A stretch of DNA of 64,000 bases, taken from the NCBI RefSeq assembly GCF_037042905.1, contig NC_087246.1:8558001-8622000 (forward strand), in the 5' to 3' direction. The DNA comes from Lytechinus pictus. Its lineage: Eukaryota. The notes below the pieces were generated by a model. That model was not told the DNA's origin and ran no database searches. It worked only from the letters and a program-made list of their open reading frames with translations. A program made the translations under genes and the position numbers. This document shows positions 24,901 through 36,900 of this stretch, one piece after another (within the stretch, counting starts at the first letter, position 1; each line of letters begins with the position of its first letter).

Positions 24901-27900
24901 CATAGATAAGAAGCATTTGTCACACTGTAGTCACTTACATAAAGTGCACATTTTGCCTGCATTTTTTTTTCTTCATAACTTAATCACTTTTGAAGGTTTT
25001 AGACCCATGAAAGCATGTACCATGTACCATGTAATCTTGTTTACCTACTCGATTATTCTCATTCTTCTGTCTTATTTTCAGGACATCTCAGCTGATGATG
25101 CTTCTCAGCTCCATCTCATTTTCACTAAGATCAAGGAGGAGACTCCAGATATTCTTCAACCACCAAACACTGAGGTAAGATGGTTGAAAGTGTGTACCGG
25201 GCAATGATATAGTATTGTTGGAAATGATTATTGATGATTCATAGAATGCACTTTCACCGTGTATCTATTTAAAACAAATTCCTAAAAAGTTAGCATCCTG
25301 AAATGTGACAGAATTTGTTTTGTCTCGACTGAAGTTTTGAAGTTCTTTGTATGGTTGATGGTATAAAGAGCTTTATGGAATGGAGTTCTTTTTATTGATA
25401 TTTGATATATATTTTGCTGAAAATATGAAAGATAAAGCAGGTTTTGTGGAAAATACTGCCCCACCCTTCCTCATATATCTTTACTCAGTTTGCCCCCTTC
25501 CTACACTAAAAGACAGTAGTTCTTTATAAAACATAACATTAAATTTCGTCCTGCCTGCATAGCAGAGTGAGACTATAGGAGCCGCTTTTCCTATGGAGAC
25601 GGTTGTGTCCTCAACGTTGAAATCTTAACCAAGATTAAGTTTTTGAACTATAAGTATATGTACCTAGTTCATGAAACTTGGACAAAAGGTTAATCAAGGA
25701 ACATCCTGTCTGAGTTTCAGGTCACATAACAAAGGTCATTTAGGGTCAATGAACTTTGGCCAAATTGGGGGTATTTGTTGAATTACCATCATAACTTTGA
25801 AAGTTTATGGATATGATTCATGAAACTTGGACAAAAGGTTAATCAAGTATTGCTGAACATCTTGTCTGAGTTTCAGGTCACATGACCAAGATCATGGTCA
25901 ATTAACAAAGTATTGTCATATGAATGATGTTTTTTGGAATAATTATTCAATAGTTGTTTTCAAAGTCAGGACTGCTGCTATATTGAATCGTATAATGCAG
26001 GCGAGACTCCTAGAGGCATTCCACTTGTTTTTCTTGTCAGTTCCCCGTTGGGACAACAAAGCTATATACTTTAAAAAAAGTACAATGATCAGGGGTGGTA
26101 TTCTGAAAACGTTCCTATCTTTGTTCTTATCTTTGTTCTTATCTCAATGAGATAAGAAGACGCTAAAATCATTGCAAATCGGTATTCTGAAAATCTTCTT
26201 AACGCGTTCTTATCTCTGTAAGGACTGCCTCCTTCTTATCTTCAACACGCCCATTTTTAAGATATTACCAATCAAAATGCGCTTTATATTGGCAGTTTAA
26301 CCAATAAAAGCGTTCCTTATGTGAAGAGAATATCATGGGCGCTGCGCGTGCACTGTTTCTTGCGCACTGCGCGAAATAGGCATTTTATACGCAATGAGTG
26401 ATTATTATTTCGAGACATGTGCACAAAATAAAGAAAGAAAGAAATTAAAGAAAAAAGGTAAAGAAAGCAGTTACGAATAAGAATAAAACAGGAAGAAAGA
26501 AGTAAAGTAAGTAGGTAAGTAAGAAGACAGAAAAGGGTCAGAATGAAATAGAAATTTAAAAAATAAAAGGATCAATGCAGAAAACAATGAAAGAAAGAAA
26601 AGGTAAACGAAAGAAAGCAAGCAAAAGGAACTTAAAAGAAAATTTTAAAAAATGAAAAGAAATAAAAAAAGTAAAGAATACAGTAAGAAAAAGGAGGAAT
26701 AGATAGAATGATAATCAATGATAAAAAGAGGAATAAAACATTGAAGGAAAAATAAAGAAGGAAAAGGAAAAAAAAAACTTAAAGGGAAAAAACGAAAAAG
26801 TACAAAATAAAAAGATTAAAAAGGATAAAATGAAGGAATAAAGAACCAAAAAAAGTTAGAAGAAACGAATGAAAGAAAGCAAAAAAAGGAAGGAATAAAA
26901 ATATGTAAAAAGTGACGGAAGAGAGAAAAGGGGAAAATGAAACAAAGAAATAAAGAAAGAGAGGGAGAGAAAGAAAGAGATAAGAGAGGGAAGATAAAAG
27001 ATGAAAGGAAAAGTAAAGCAAAATTGAAAACTAAATAAAGATAAAAAGAAAGGTAAATTCAAAGAAGGAAAGAAAAAGAAGGAAAATAACAAGGCAGGAA
27101 AAATGAAGAATGAATGAAAAAAAACGAAGAAAGATCAATGGAAAGAATAAAGAAAAAAATAAAATATAATTTACCCTAAAAAATGAAGAAATAAAAAGAG
27201 TACAAAAAATAAATAAAGTGAAGGAAGAAAGGAAAAGAAAAACAGAAAGAAAGAGAGAAAATGGGAAAGAAAAAAAAACTTAGTAAAGAAAAAAAGGAAA
27301 AAATCGAAAAGGGAAAATAAAAAAGGAAGGACCCCTCGGTAGACCAGCAGCACCATGATTGATGCTGCTGAGCTAGGCCATCCTCCCGTTTTTCATTTAT
27401 CAATTCACATGTATCATTTCATATGTATTTATGTTATTGGTTTTTAACGGAAATAAATTCAATTAAAAAAAGAAAAAGAAAGAATAAATAAAATAACGCA
27501 AAAGAAAAATAAGGAAGAAGTTAAAAGATTAAAAAAAATAAAACAAAATGAAGAATGAAAGAAATGAAAAAAGACAAACAGATAGAAAAGAAAAAGCGAA
27601 AAGAAATAGGCCTAAATGAAATAAAGAAAGACAGAACGAAAGGAAGGACGAAAGAAAGAAATAAAGAAAAAAAGAAAGAAAGAAAAAAGGGATAGAAAAA
27701 AGAGACAGGCAAAATAAAGGGTGAATGAAAGAAAGGTTGGGAGGAATACTTATTACTACCAGTGGCCATCGATTTTTAGCAAGAAAGAAGGCGGACAGCG
27801 TAAGATGTGATAACCCTCTAGCTATCTTAAATATTATCATAAATATCGAAAAGAGATAAGAAAGAAAAAAGATAAGAACGTTTTCAGAATACCACTTATC

Positions 27901-29280
27901 TTTATTTTGTTCTTATCTTTTAGCGCGCTTTTGTATCATATGCGCGAATTATAAATTTACGCGCTCAGCATCGATGGAAAGCAAGATAAGAAAAAGATAA
28001 GAACAAAAGATAAGAAAAAGATAAGAACGTTTTCAGAATACCAATTTGAGAACGTGACGTAGATAAGAACAAAATTAAGATAAGAACGTTTTCAGAATAC
28101 CGCCCCAGGTGTACAAACAGCATGGCAGACATAAAATATTATCTGACAAGATAGTCTGCTATCTGATATGGTGTGGTGATTTAATATCATGAAGAGAGTT
28201 ATATCATATCATGATATCATTTGATACATTATCTTGTCATTAAAACAACAACAAAAGAGGATTTTCATTAAAAGTTAAGATATGAGGTCTTGTCACCAAC
28301 CCAGTGTATTGCCATTCCTGACACTTATACCAATTATCATTTTCAAGTATGTATTTCATGAAAAAATTTTCCTTTTCCTTTCTGGATGATTTCAGATGTT
28401 ACAACTAGCATGACATGAAAAGCTGAGTTCACTCTTCTCATTTTTAAAATATTTTAATTCTAGGAACCAGTGATAATGGAGGTGATGGTTAAAGAATGGA
28501 GGCAATTTCTAGAGCTCGGTTTCATCCTTGAGGCTTCCATGCAAGCCATAGTAGATAGATGGGCAGACGGAAAGGTATTTTATATGTTATTATAATTTTC
28601 TATCATTTATTCATCGTTTCACCTCCTACTTAATATAATCATCCAAGAAGATCTGAATAAGGTGTTGCTATAATTCTAACTTTTAAAAACATTTTATGTG
28701 ATTTTTTATTTTTAAATCAAAAGGTGGAAGTGTTATTCCATTTTGATAAAATATGTAAACAAATTATGTGAAAACAACCATTATGTTTTAAATAGTGATG
28801 GTATCTGAAGTAGCCACGTCAAACATGCTAATTGTGTTTAAAAGATTAATCAGTGCTGTTAATATTGCTTAAAAGACCTTTATACTCATATTTTAGATGG
28901 GTAAAGCCCACTCATATTTCAAATGGGTAAAGTTCACTCTACGAATGGCCTTTACCTAGTATATAGTGTTCTTATGGTTTATATTATTATTATTATGTGT
29001 TAATGAGTTGTTGCCTTCTTGAGCTAGTTAATCAATGTACAAAACCTGTGGGAATTAAATCATTCAATACTCAATGGGAAATCATGATGACTGTACACAG
29101 TCAGTTTTGTTACTCCTCCCATTTCTGCTAATAGTTAAATTTTGTCCTTGTTTTTATCTCATTCAGGGTCCTCTAGCTCTGGCATTCTCTGCTTCTACAG
29201 TGAAGGGATTGATCCGAGCTCTTTTCCAGAATACAGACAGAAGAGCCAATGCCCTTAGTAAAATCAAGCAAACATCGTGA
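6911..29280 (+). CDS. ZW10: Centromere/kinetochore protein ZW10 homolog (spliced; about 729 codons found, first coding exon unresolved)
   Basis: Exons with GT-AG boundaries and consistent phases: 6911-7107, 10218-10325, 10857-10937, 11777-11842, 12858-12993, 13582-13659, 14377-14456, 14818-14992, 15676-15755, 16889-16952, 17832-17905, 18280-18375, 19234-19370, 20120-20198, 20560-20745, 22840-22944, 23777-23908, 25082-25174, 28464-28574, 29167-29280 (TGA). The translation has motifs recognised from ZW10: [84 protein letters not shown]. Confidence 0.96.
7266..8982. mobile_element. hAT-like non-autonomous element inserted in the TIR of 7257-9562
   Basis: CAGGGTTGG ... CCAACCCTG termini, TSD CCGGGGGG/CCGAGGGG, subterminal GGTAAATACC repeats at both ends. 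Confidence 0.8.
8321..8556. mobile_element. Small hAT-like MITE nested in 7266-8982
   Basis: TTTATGCT|CACTAGCGTACCTA ... TAGGTACGCTACTG|TTTATGCT, with internal GCCCCCCCTGACGAG repeats. Confidence 0.85.
16995..17200. repeat. Compound trinucleotide microsatellite (CTA/TTA/GCT/CAG)
   Basis: Directly visible in a ZW10 intron. It explains the poly-L/A/T pseudo-ORFs. Confidence 0.9.
21574..22508. mobile_element. PIF/Harbinger-like non-autonomous element, copy 1 (pyrimidine tract on +)
   Basis: CTG|GGGCTGTATTCTGAAAAC ... GTTTTCAGAATACCACCC|CTG, with repeated GGTATTCTGAAAACGTTCTTATC motifs. Confidence 0.8.
25544..26030 (+). mobile_element. Helentron/DINE-like element, family H1, shorter copy
   Basis: CCTGCATAGCAGAGTGAGACTATAGG ... 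ATGCAGGCGAGAC..GAGGCATTCCACTTGTTT, homologous to 5560-6542. Confidence 0.8.
26093..28105. mobile_element. PIF/Harbinger-like non-autonomous element, copy 2, inverted relative to copy 1, with ~1.3-kb purine tract
   Basis: CAG|GGGTGGTATTCTGAAAAC ... GTTTTCAGAATACCGCCC|CAG. The interior is reverse-complement homologous to 21574-22508. Confidence 0.8.
27330..27470 (+). mobile_element. Probable 5'-truncated retroposon 3' end inserted in the purine tract
   Basis: Mixed-sequence island with a CAGCAGCA..TGCTGCTG stem, AATAAA and an A-rich tail. Confidence 0.45.
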
Positions 29281-31600
29281 GATTTACTCACATTATAGAC
29301 CATTAGTATATGTACAACGCAGGAAGGAATTTTAAGCCAGGCCCTTGATATGAACATCTTTTCAAAATGCTGGGCTGGCAATGCAAGATAAATCAAGCAA
29401 TCATGAGATCTACTAATGACATGGACTATGATTCATGAACAATTTGAAGCAGATGACGTGACACCCTCGGCTTCAGAAAAAAGGACACGAGAGCTAATTC
29501 AGATGATCCATTATTTGGGATGTAAATCAGAACCTTGCCATGGCAAAGAATGATAGAGAAAGTCATTGTTATTGTTGCACCAAGGAAGCAGATATTGTAT
29601 GATTAGAATATCATGTCATTGCAGAGAAATGTTTAGCCATGTTTGATTTTTATTTTCTCAAAGATGAATCAGTGTTGGTTGCTGCATTTTATAAATTCAT
29701 GCTGAGAAGTCGAGCACTATTTTGAAAATGGGCTTTTGATCTTAATCTTTGAAGTCAAAGTAGGGTAAAGGTCAAAGGCTTGGTCCAGAGAGCTGTTGTA
29801 TTGGTTAAACTGAAACAAACATAGCACTCTTCAAGATATGGGCTTTTAATCACAATGTTTGCATCCAGAGATGGAAGTTTATCCAGTGGAAAACATACAG
29901 TAAATGTATGATATTTATGAGATCAGGTCAAGTGTTTTGATATCAACATTCGAATCACCATGGAATTTGAGCTATAAGTGAAACAATATTGATTTCTTTA
30001 AAAGAAAATCATTTATTTGCATTTTTTTATTTTCTCCAAGAAGTACTGCATGCACTGTGCATTTTCATTTGTTTAGAAGTCATATAGAGCATATTGAATT
30101 TGCAATTAGATCAATTGGCACTAGGCCTTATCAGCTCTTTACCCTTTCTTAAACGAAGATACTTGCACATTATTCAAATGATTTTGATTTTGCTACAATA
30201 AAATTGTTATGAAATGCTACCGTCTTCCATCATATGTAACATTTGTGAAATATATGTGTTAAAAATAACCAAATTGTGTTGTTTGAGATTCCTGCATGTA
30301 GTTATGGCTATCTGTTCATGCTATTGCAAGTGAGAGATTTTAAGCTCATGTCTTGCTGAATTCTCAAGAAAAAAAAGCAGCTATGTTATGATTTGATGAA
30401 ACGATCCAATTTCACACCTTGATAAGATGAGAAGTGTGAGAGAGTCTTTGCCTTAATATTGCACATCTTGTAATCTAACTATTGTTACTCATCACCCTTA
30501 ATATTACCTGTTGGGATGGCTTGTTCGACCCCCCCCCCCCTTGATCAACAATTTTCATAATAAAGCTGAAATACAAAAAGGTTGCGTCATGGAGTTTCAA
30601 GAGTTTTTTCTTTCTTGCCCTTACCCTGGGCTATGCAATCTTGTAATAGCCCAGCTTTATAGGATTAATCCATTGACTACTAAATTTTCATATTATAGTA
30701 GAGACAGGATATTTCACTTTTTTCATCCCATTAATCATCATTATGTAATCGGATAAGAGACTTTGTGGGAGACACAAAAAAAAAACTTTGAAGGAAATCA
30801 TATTTAAAAAAGGCCAAAGAATTCTGGTATTATTCATGCAGATCCAAAAGACTAAGATTGGATAGCTGACATTAGGGTTTTGAAATGCCCATTGGCAAAT
30901 AACCTCTAATTGCTGATGACTAGATGACCCCTTCCCTATGCGAAGCAACACACGCACACTGTTGCTGTACAGCATTGAAATAATTATTTACCTGATGTCT
31001 TCCATTATGTTCAATCCTCAGGTTTTGTTGCAAAACTATTCTAGCTCTTGTTTGAAAATCATTGAAAATCTTTGTTGTGATTGCTTTGTTATCATAAAGT
31101 CAATACTTTATGATAACAAGTTGGTATCACTTTGACAATCATGGTAAATAAAATACAAACCATGACACAGTAGGTAACATCAAGTAATTTTGTTTAAGTA
31201 GAAGAAAATAATTATGTGCTAATTTTTTCTTAAAGTGGAGTTTGGATTTGCTGATGGGCCTCAATGTTATCAAGTATTTCATATATTTTATTGTGCTTAT
31301 TCTTACTGCCCCCAGGCTTCTGTTTCAGCTGGGGGATTTTGATTGGGCAAATATTGTTTGTTTTCTATTTTTGTTGGTTTATAGCCCTTTTAAACCTTAC
31401 ACAATGTTAATTTTTTTTTCATCTTATTTTTGCTTCGCTGTTCTATATGTAAAGATTTTTTATTATAGAAATATAAATTTGCTGCTTTGTAAATCATGAT
31501 TGCATGTTTCTTGTTTGTGTATGTTATTTGATGGTTTTGATTATGAAGCTGCAAGACAGATTGGGAGTGTGTGAGTGAGAGAGAGAGAGAGGGGGGGGAG

Positions 31601-31858
31601 CAGTGGCATACAGATGGGGTGCTTGACCCCCCCCCCCAAAAAAAAAAAAAAAAAAAAAAAAAATCATGACCAAGAAAAAAATAAGAGAAAATGAAAGAGA
31701 GAAGGGTTAATCAAAATATTTTCTATCACAAAATTGGATTTATTTTTGTAATAAAAATGTTGCAATGTTTGTTTGCTCGCTTGCTCGCAACTTTCTATAG
31801 ATTTTGCTTGAGACACCATATCTGGTTCCCTCAAAATTTCTGGATCGTTACGCCACTG
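31601..31858. mobile_element. CAGTGGC-ended MITE (hAT-like)
   Basis: CAGTGGCATA ... TACGCCACTG termini with poly-C/poly-A interior. TSD not clear. A similar end occurs at 63206. Confidence 0.55.
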
Positions 31859-32599
31859 ATTAAGAGAGAGAAAGTGGGGAGGAAGAAAGATGGGTGAGGA
31901 TCAGTTTACAGGAACAGGGAATGGAAAATGAGAACCAGAATTCGAATGGTAATAGAAAAAAACTGGAAGGATGGGGGATCAATGACTTGGGAGGAGAAAA
32001 GCAAATAAATGATAAGATGTAGATTCTGATATTGAAAACCGGTGAGGAATAAGCATTTTAAAATATCTACATATTCTGTTGACATACCTGCCTAACATTA
32101 CAAACATTCACATTAAAAAATCCTGTCATTTACTTTTATTTTAACTCTAACGTTAGAGTCTGACGTTAGTAATGGACACGTCCTAGACACGATGATTATT
32201 ACTTTTCAAAAAATGTAGTAGTATTAGTTTTCAGAGACATATCTAATACTGTAATGTTTCAAACAACAGATGGCGTAATCTCCATTGCAATTAAATACGG
32301 ACTCGACGACGACGGAGGTGTCTGCTCCTAGACCTAGTATCATGATTTGTTTTGGGAATGCTGGAAAAGCGCGTAGTTTTCTCACTTACATCAGATTAAT
32401 AGGTTCATAGAACTGAAATCAAATGTAAGTTAGCACCTTGAATAATTAGACTTTTGGTTAAGCAGTTTATTTTTTCGAATGTGAGTGTTGTCTAACGTTA
32501 ATGTTTTTATGTTGTCCGACATACTGACTTCTGTGTTTGTGATGGTTTGGTGATTGTGCTTTATCAATGAACAAGTCACAAGATTGACAATGTTGTCAA

Positions 32600-32693
32600 C
32601 TTGTCTGCACAGCACTCATTCGTCGGAAGAGTCCGCATAATTTTGTCTGTCTTCAAAATAAAGAGATCGGCCATTGGACTGTTACTGTTACAG
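32600..32693 (+). other. Probable non-coding first exon of GNB1L
   Basis: Donor CAG|GTAGAC at 32693. The ATG-bearing exon starts at an acceptor (TTTTTCCTCAG, 33969), so an upstream exon is needed. The 5' boundary is approximate. Confidence 0.5.
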
Positions 32694-32728
32694 GTAGACA
32701 CTTGGGCATTTAATGTCAAACTTAAATT

Positions 32729-33406
32729 AGGGTGTCTGGAGAAAAAAATTATTTTTCTTATTTCAAGAAAATATCACATTTTCTTTGTGAATTTGAAGAG
32801 AAATGACCTTCAGACTGACAGAAATGTAACATTTTTGAAAAAAATCAAATTATTGGCTACAAAAAAGAAGAATGAAATTAGGTAAATTTTCAGCATTTCT
32901 CTGCCATAGACTGTAGTTAAGAAATGGACACACACAAATCCAAATTTTTAGCTTCCGAGAGCTGTTATTAATTTATTATTAATGCCAAAAACTTGTCCAT
33001 AAAAAGTCCAATAGGATTTTTTATGCTCTATCTGATGGTATGATTTTTATAAAGATTTGGAAACCAGATCACAATGAAAAATTGCGACAAAGTGAAAAAA
33101 ATTGTGCAAAACAGAAATGTCATTTTCCCATAGAAAACGCATGGAGAAATGGCAATCTCAACACACACAAAAATAAGGGTTTGCAATTTATCTCTAAATC
33201 CTTATTTAAAATGATCCTATAAACTTGTCCTTACTGTCAAAAGAAGCCCCTGAATTTTCTCTTTCCATACATGCCAAACACAAGTTAATAATCAATTCAG
33301 ATCACATTTTTCTAGTAGCCTGAACTTCCCCGAAAAAACGTGCCATATTTTCCCCTAAATCAGCCTGTTTTATGCTGACACTTTTCAGTGTGGCTTCAGA
33401 CACCCT
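32729..33406. mobile_element. Non-autonomous TIR element with 9-bp TSD
   Basis: ACTTAAATT|AGGGTGTCTG ... CAGACACCCT|ACTTAAATT. Reading the termini as TAGGG/CCCTA gives a 7-bp TSD instead. Confidence 0.7.
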
Positions 33407-33981
33407 ACTTAAATTAAATAAGACAAGTCATAAGAGTTTTGCTTGTAATGTATCGTATAAACCAACTTGAAGTTCTGTGCTGAGATTAATCACTGAGATA
33501 TAATCTTGACTGTGTCACACGCAGCGTCTTGATTAGCCAAAATGAAATAAAAGCTATGATTTTTGTATTGCATGTTGCGATCTGATGGGAAAGAATTACT
33601 GACAGATAATAATTTTCAAAGTTCTTAATTATCAGATCAATATCATATCACAATTTTTGTTAAAATAATGTCATGATCATGATGATTGTCATCTTTATAA
33701 TCATATGGCTGATAATAGTGATATGATTCAATACCTTTTTTCATACAACATGTTAGATGCTGAATTTAATTGTCCATATTCTGATTTAATTCAATTTAAA
33801 GATCACAGTAAACATAAAGAAATATAGGCCTACAAATGTACAATGAAAACTTCTTTTTTACATTGTCGTCTTCCCCATAAACCCAAGCACTAGACCATGG
33901 CTTAGTTTAAACCAGACTGCCTAATTCTTTGTCGGAACTTTAAGCTTCAAGTGCAAAATTTTTCCTCAGGTGTGATGAGTC

Positions 33982-36900
33982 ATGGCCAGAAGATCACCAG
34001 ACCCCATCTTTGTTTTAAGAGGTTCAAACGCTCCAGTCAGTTGTGTCAGGTTTGCCCTGGATTCATCTTCATACAGAGAACATATTCTTTCAGGGTGGGT
34101 AGATATGCAGTTATGCAGTTAAATATTATTTGGTGGCAATTTCTCAGATTTTTATCACCACAATGGCTTATCCCCATAATCATCCTATTGGTTAGTCAGT
34201 ATCATATTCATTGATTAAGATGACCCTGGTATGCAGTGTAACTTTAATGGACTACACTTTTTTGAAGTGCCAGCTGTAGACTCTTTCAACAAGTATGATT
34301 TTCAATAATCTGGCATATTCATTTTGTCATAAATATTGAGTAAGGAAATGAAACATGATAATCCACAGATGAAGGGTGGCCTTAAATATTAATAGCCTTG
34401 ACTTAAATCAGAAATGACATTGGGCATGATAATTATTAAACTAGTTTTACACCTGTTGCTGAAGTAGGATTTACCAAATGGGCATTACAATATTAGACAG
34501 ACTGCACTAAAAGGGTTTCAGTGGACTGAAACAAAGTTTGGATAAACAGGTTAAAGTTTAGCTTTTGGTTTGTGGCTCAAAAATTTTTCAGTGAAACATC
34601 TAAGGAAGCAAGTGAGGTGATTGTCAGCTGAAATTTTGTGGGATAAACTTTAAACAGTCTAGTTTTAATTCAAGCATTGAGTTTTTCTGTCATTAATTTT
34701 GCTTTCTTTGGACATTTTGTAAACAATGTTATGACATGGATACTTCCAATACTTGAACTGAATGGGTATGTGCCAAAATATAATGACGAGTCAGTGTATT
34801 AGTGGACAACTGGACATTATTATAACTTTGCTGTAATGATTACAATAAAACAATACGGGTAGAAATGAGTTATTGTGGACTAAAAAAGCACATTACATCT
34901 ATGTCTTGAATATTTGGTCATCGAAACTTACAGAGGTCCTTTTTAATACTGATCACATTTTCTCCCCTTAAACTGCATATTATCCAGATGCACTAGTGGT
35001 CATGTGAAGATATGGGATCTTTCAACCAGGAGGTGTGTTTCATCACTAGATGGTCATCGTGGACAAGGTATCTTGACCATTGAAGGAATGAACAATGGCC
35101 AAATTCTCAGGTCAGTTATTGTAGCCTATGCAATGCAGTCAAGGCTCTTAGTTTCATAACATCATCTCCTGAACTATCAACACTCATATCTAAAAATAAA
35201 AGCATGCAGCCTTAGCTGAAATCTTCCATATGAAGGTAAACTTTTTGATTGACAAAAGGAGAAAAACAATTTGACCCATGAAGTTCTGGTGCAACATATA
35301 GTGCATTCTGATGGGATCTCATTCAACTATATGACAGAATATGTCATATCAATCATTTAATGTATTTTTTTTTAAGTTTGAGAGTGGTTGTGTTGCAATA
35401 GTGTGGGATTATTCAATCATCACCTGGAAGACACATGATGCTCAGCCCTCTCTTTCTTCATAGTGCAAGATGTGTTGCAAGCTACTACATGCCTTAGAGG
35501 CAATTTATTTTGCATTGGCAAATCAAAGGAGAATGAAAAAGTGAACATATTTTAAACAACTTCATGTAAGAAATATTTGCAGCAAACATTTTTTTACATT
35601 TGGTTAAAAAATTGTTAAAATCTTTCATTTCAAGCTTTGTATCTGTATCTAAGCATGCCCAGTCCTTAAATTGAAATGTAAAATAACTAAAAAAATATAT
35701 TTATTATTATGTAAGAATTCAGTTGAAACATGAGCTTGTTGTCTTTCCCTTCATCTTGCTGTAGCCATGGACGTGATGGCTATGTACATATATGGGAGCT
35801 AGCAGAGGGGAGATATGACATCAAGACTTCAATCACATCAGCTACGACAAACTTTTGCCAAACTGCTCTCTGGCAGAAACAAGGTTGGAACATGATAATT
35901 CATTCTTACTATGATTCATAGTCTTCTAGCCTGAGGCTACAACACCTTAGAGAATGGTATAAATTTTTCTTAATTGGTATTTAAAAAAGAATATAAACAT
36001 TTGCATAACTAACATGAAGCTTGGTGTTAACTTGCTTCAATCCTGAAAGCGATATACATGTTCATTATTGCCTCTTGTGCAGTCTTGATCAAATTGTGTT
36101 TATAAGAATTTCCTTGATTTAACCCCCGATTTCTGTGCTTAGGGCATCTTTCTTAATGGACATGACATTTATTGCAAACCAATGTCCTAAGCATATGTAT
36201 AAATATGTATATACTCAGGTAATGGCTCCCTGGCAGTTTCTGGAGGTCAAATATCAGAGGTCAGGGTGATTTCTCTGGATGGTCATCATGAGAAAGCCAA
36301 ATTGCTACCATCAGATGGACATAAACCTCTAGGTTTGTCAAATCATCATTTAACAACCTTTCATAATCTGGAGCTTACTAGTTATCTTTCTTAAACTCCA
36401 CTTTCTTATGTGTTATATTTTGTCATTTTTTTATGTCTACATGACTATTAGAGGGCAAACAAACCAGCTCCACTTCAAGCCTTCAACTACTCATATCAGG
36501 CCAGGTTCACCTCCCATGATACATTCTGATCAGTGTAGTCTTGTGATATAGGACCACTTAAATGATAACACATTAATTCACTACTCAATACATTCATATC
36601 ACTATAATTATATTATCAATAAGCAAAACAGGTACAATTCCTTTTTCAAAAACATTTGTTTATCACAGGCTGATTAATCCTCTGTATTACTAATAGTTAT
36701 GTCAATATGTATATTTTAAGACTAGCCATGTATTGAACTTGAAAGAAAGTACATGGATGTGCTGTTTCTGAGATATTCCAGGTTGTCACTGTTGTTACAT
36801 ATTATCACTATCAATAATATAATCTGTATTGAGATTTATTCAATTTTTCCAACTCTTCCTCCTTATGTTACTCTTCAAACACTACAAAACCTTTGAATGT

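Noticed and set aside
26779..27840. Phe/Leu/Ser-rich 'membrane protein' ORFs on the minus strand
   Set aside because: Translation artefacts of the purine/pyrimidine tract.
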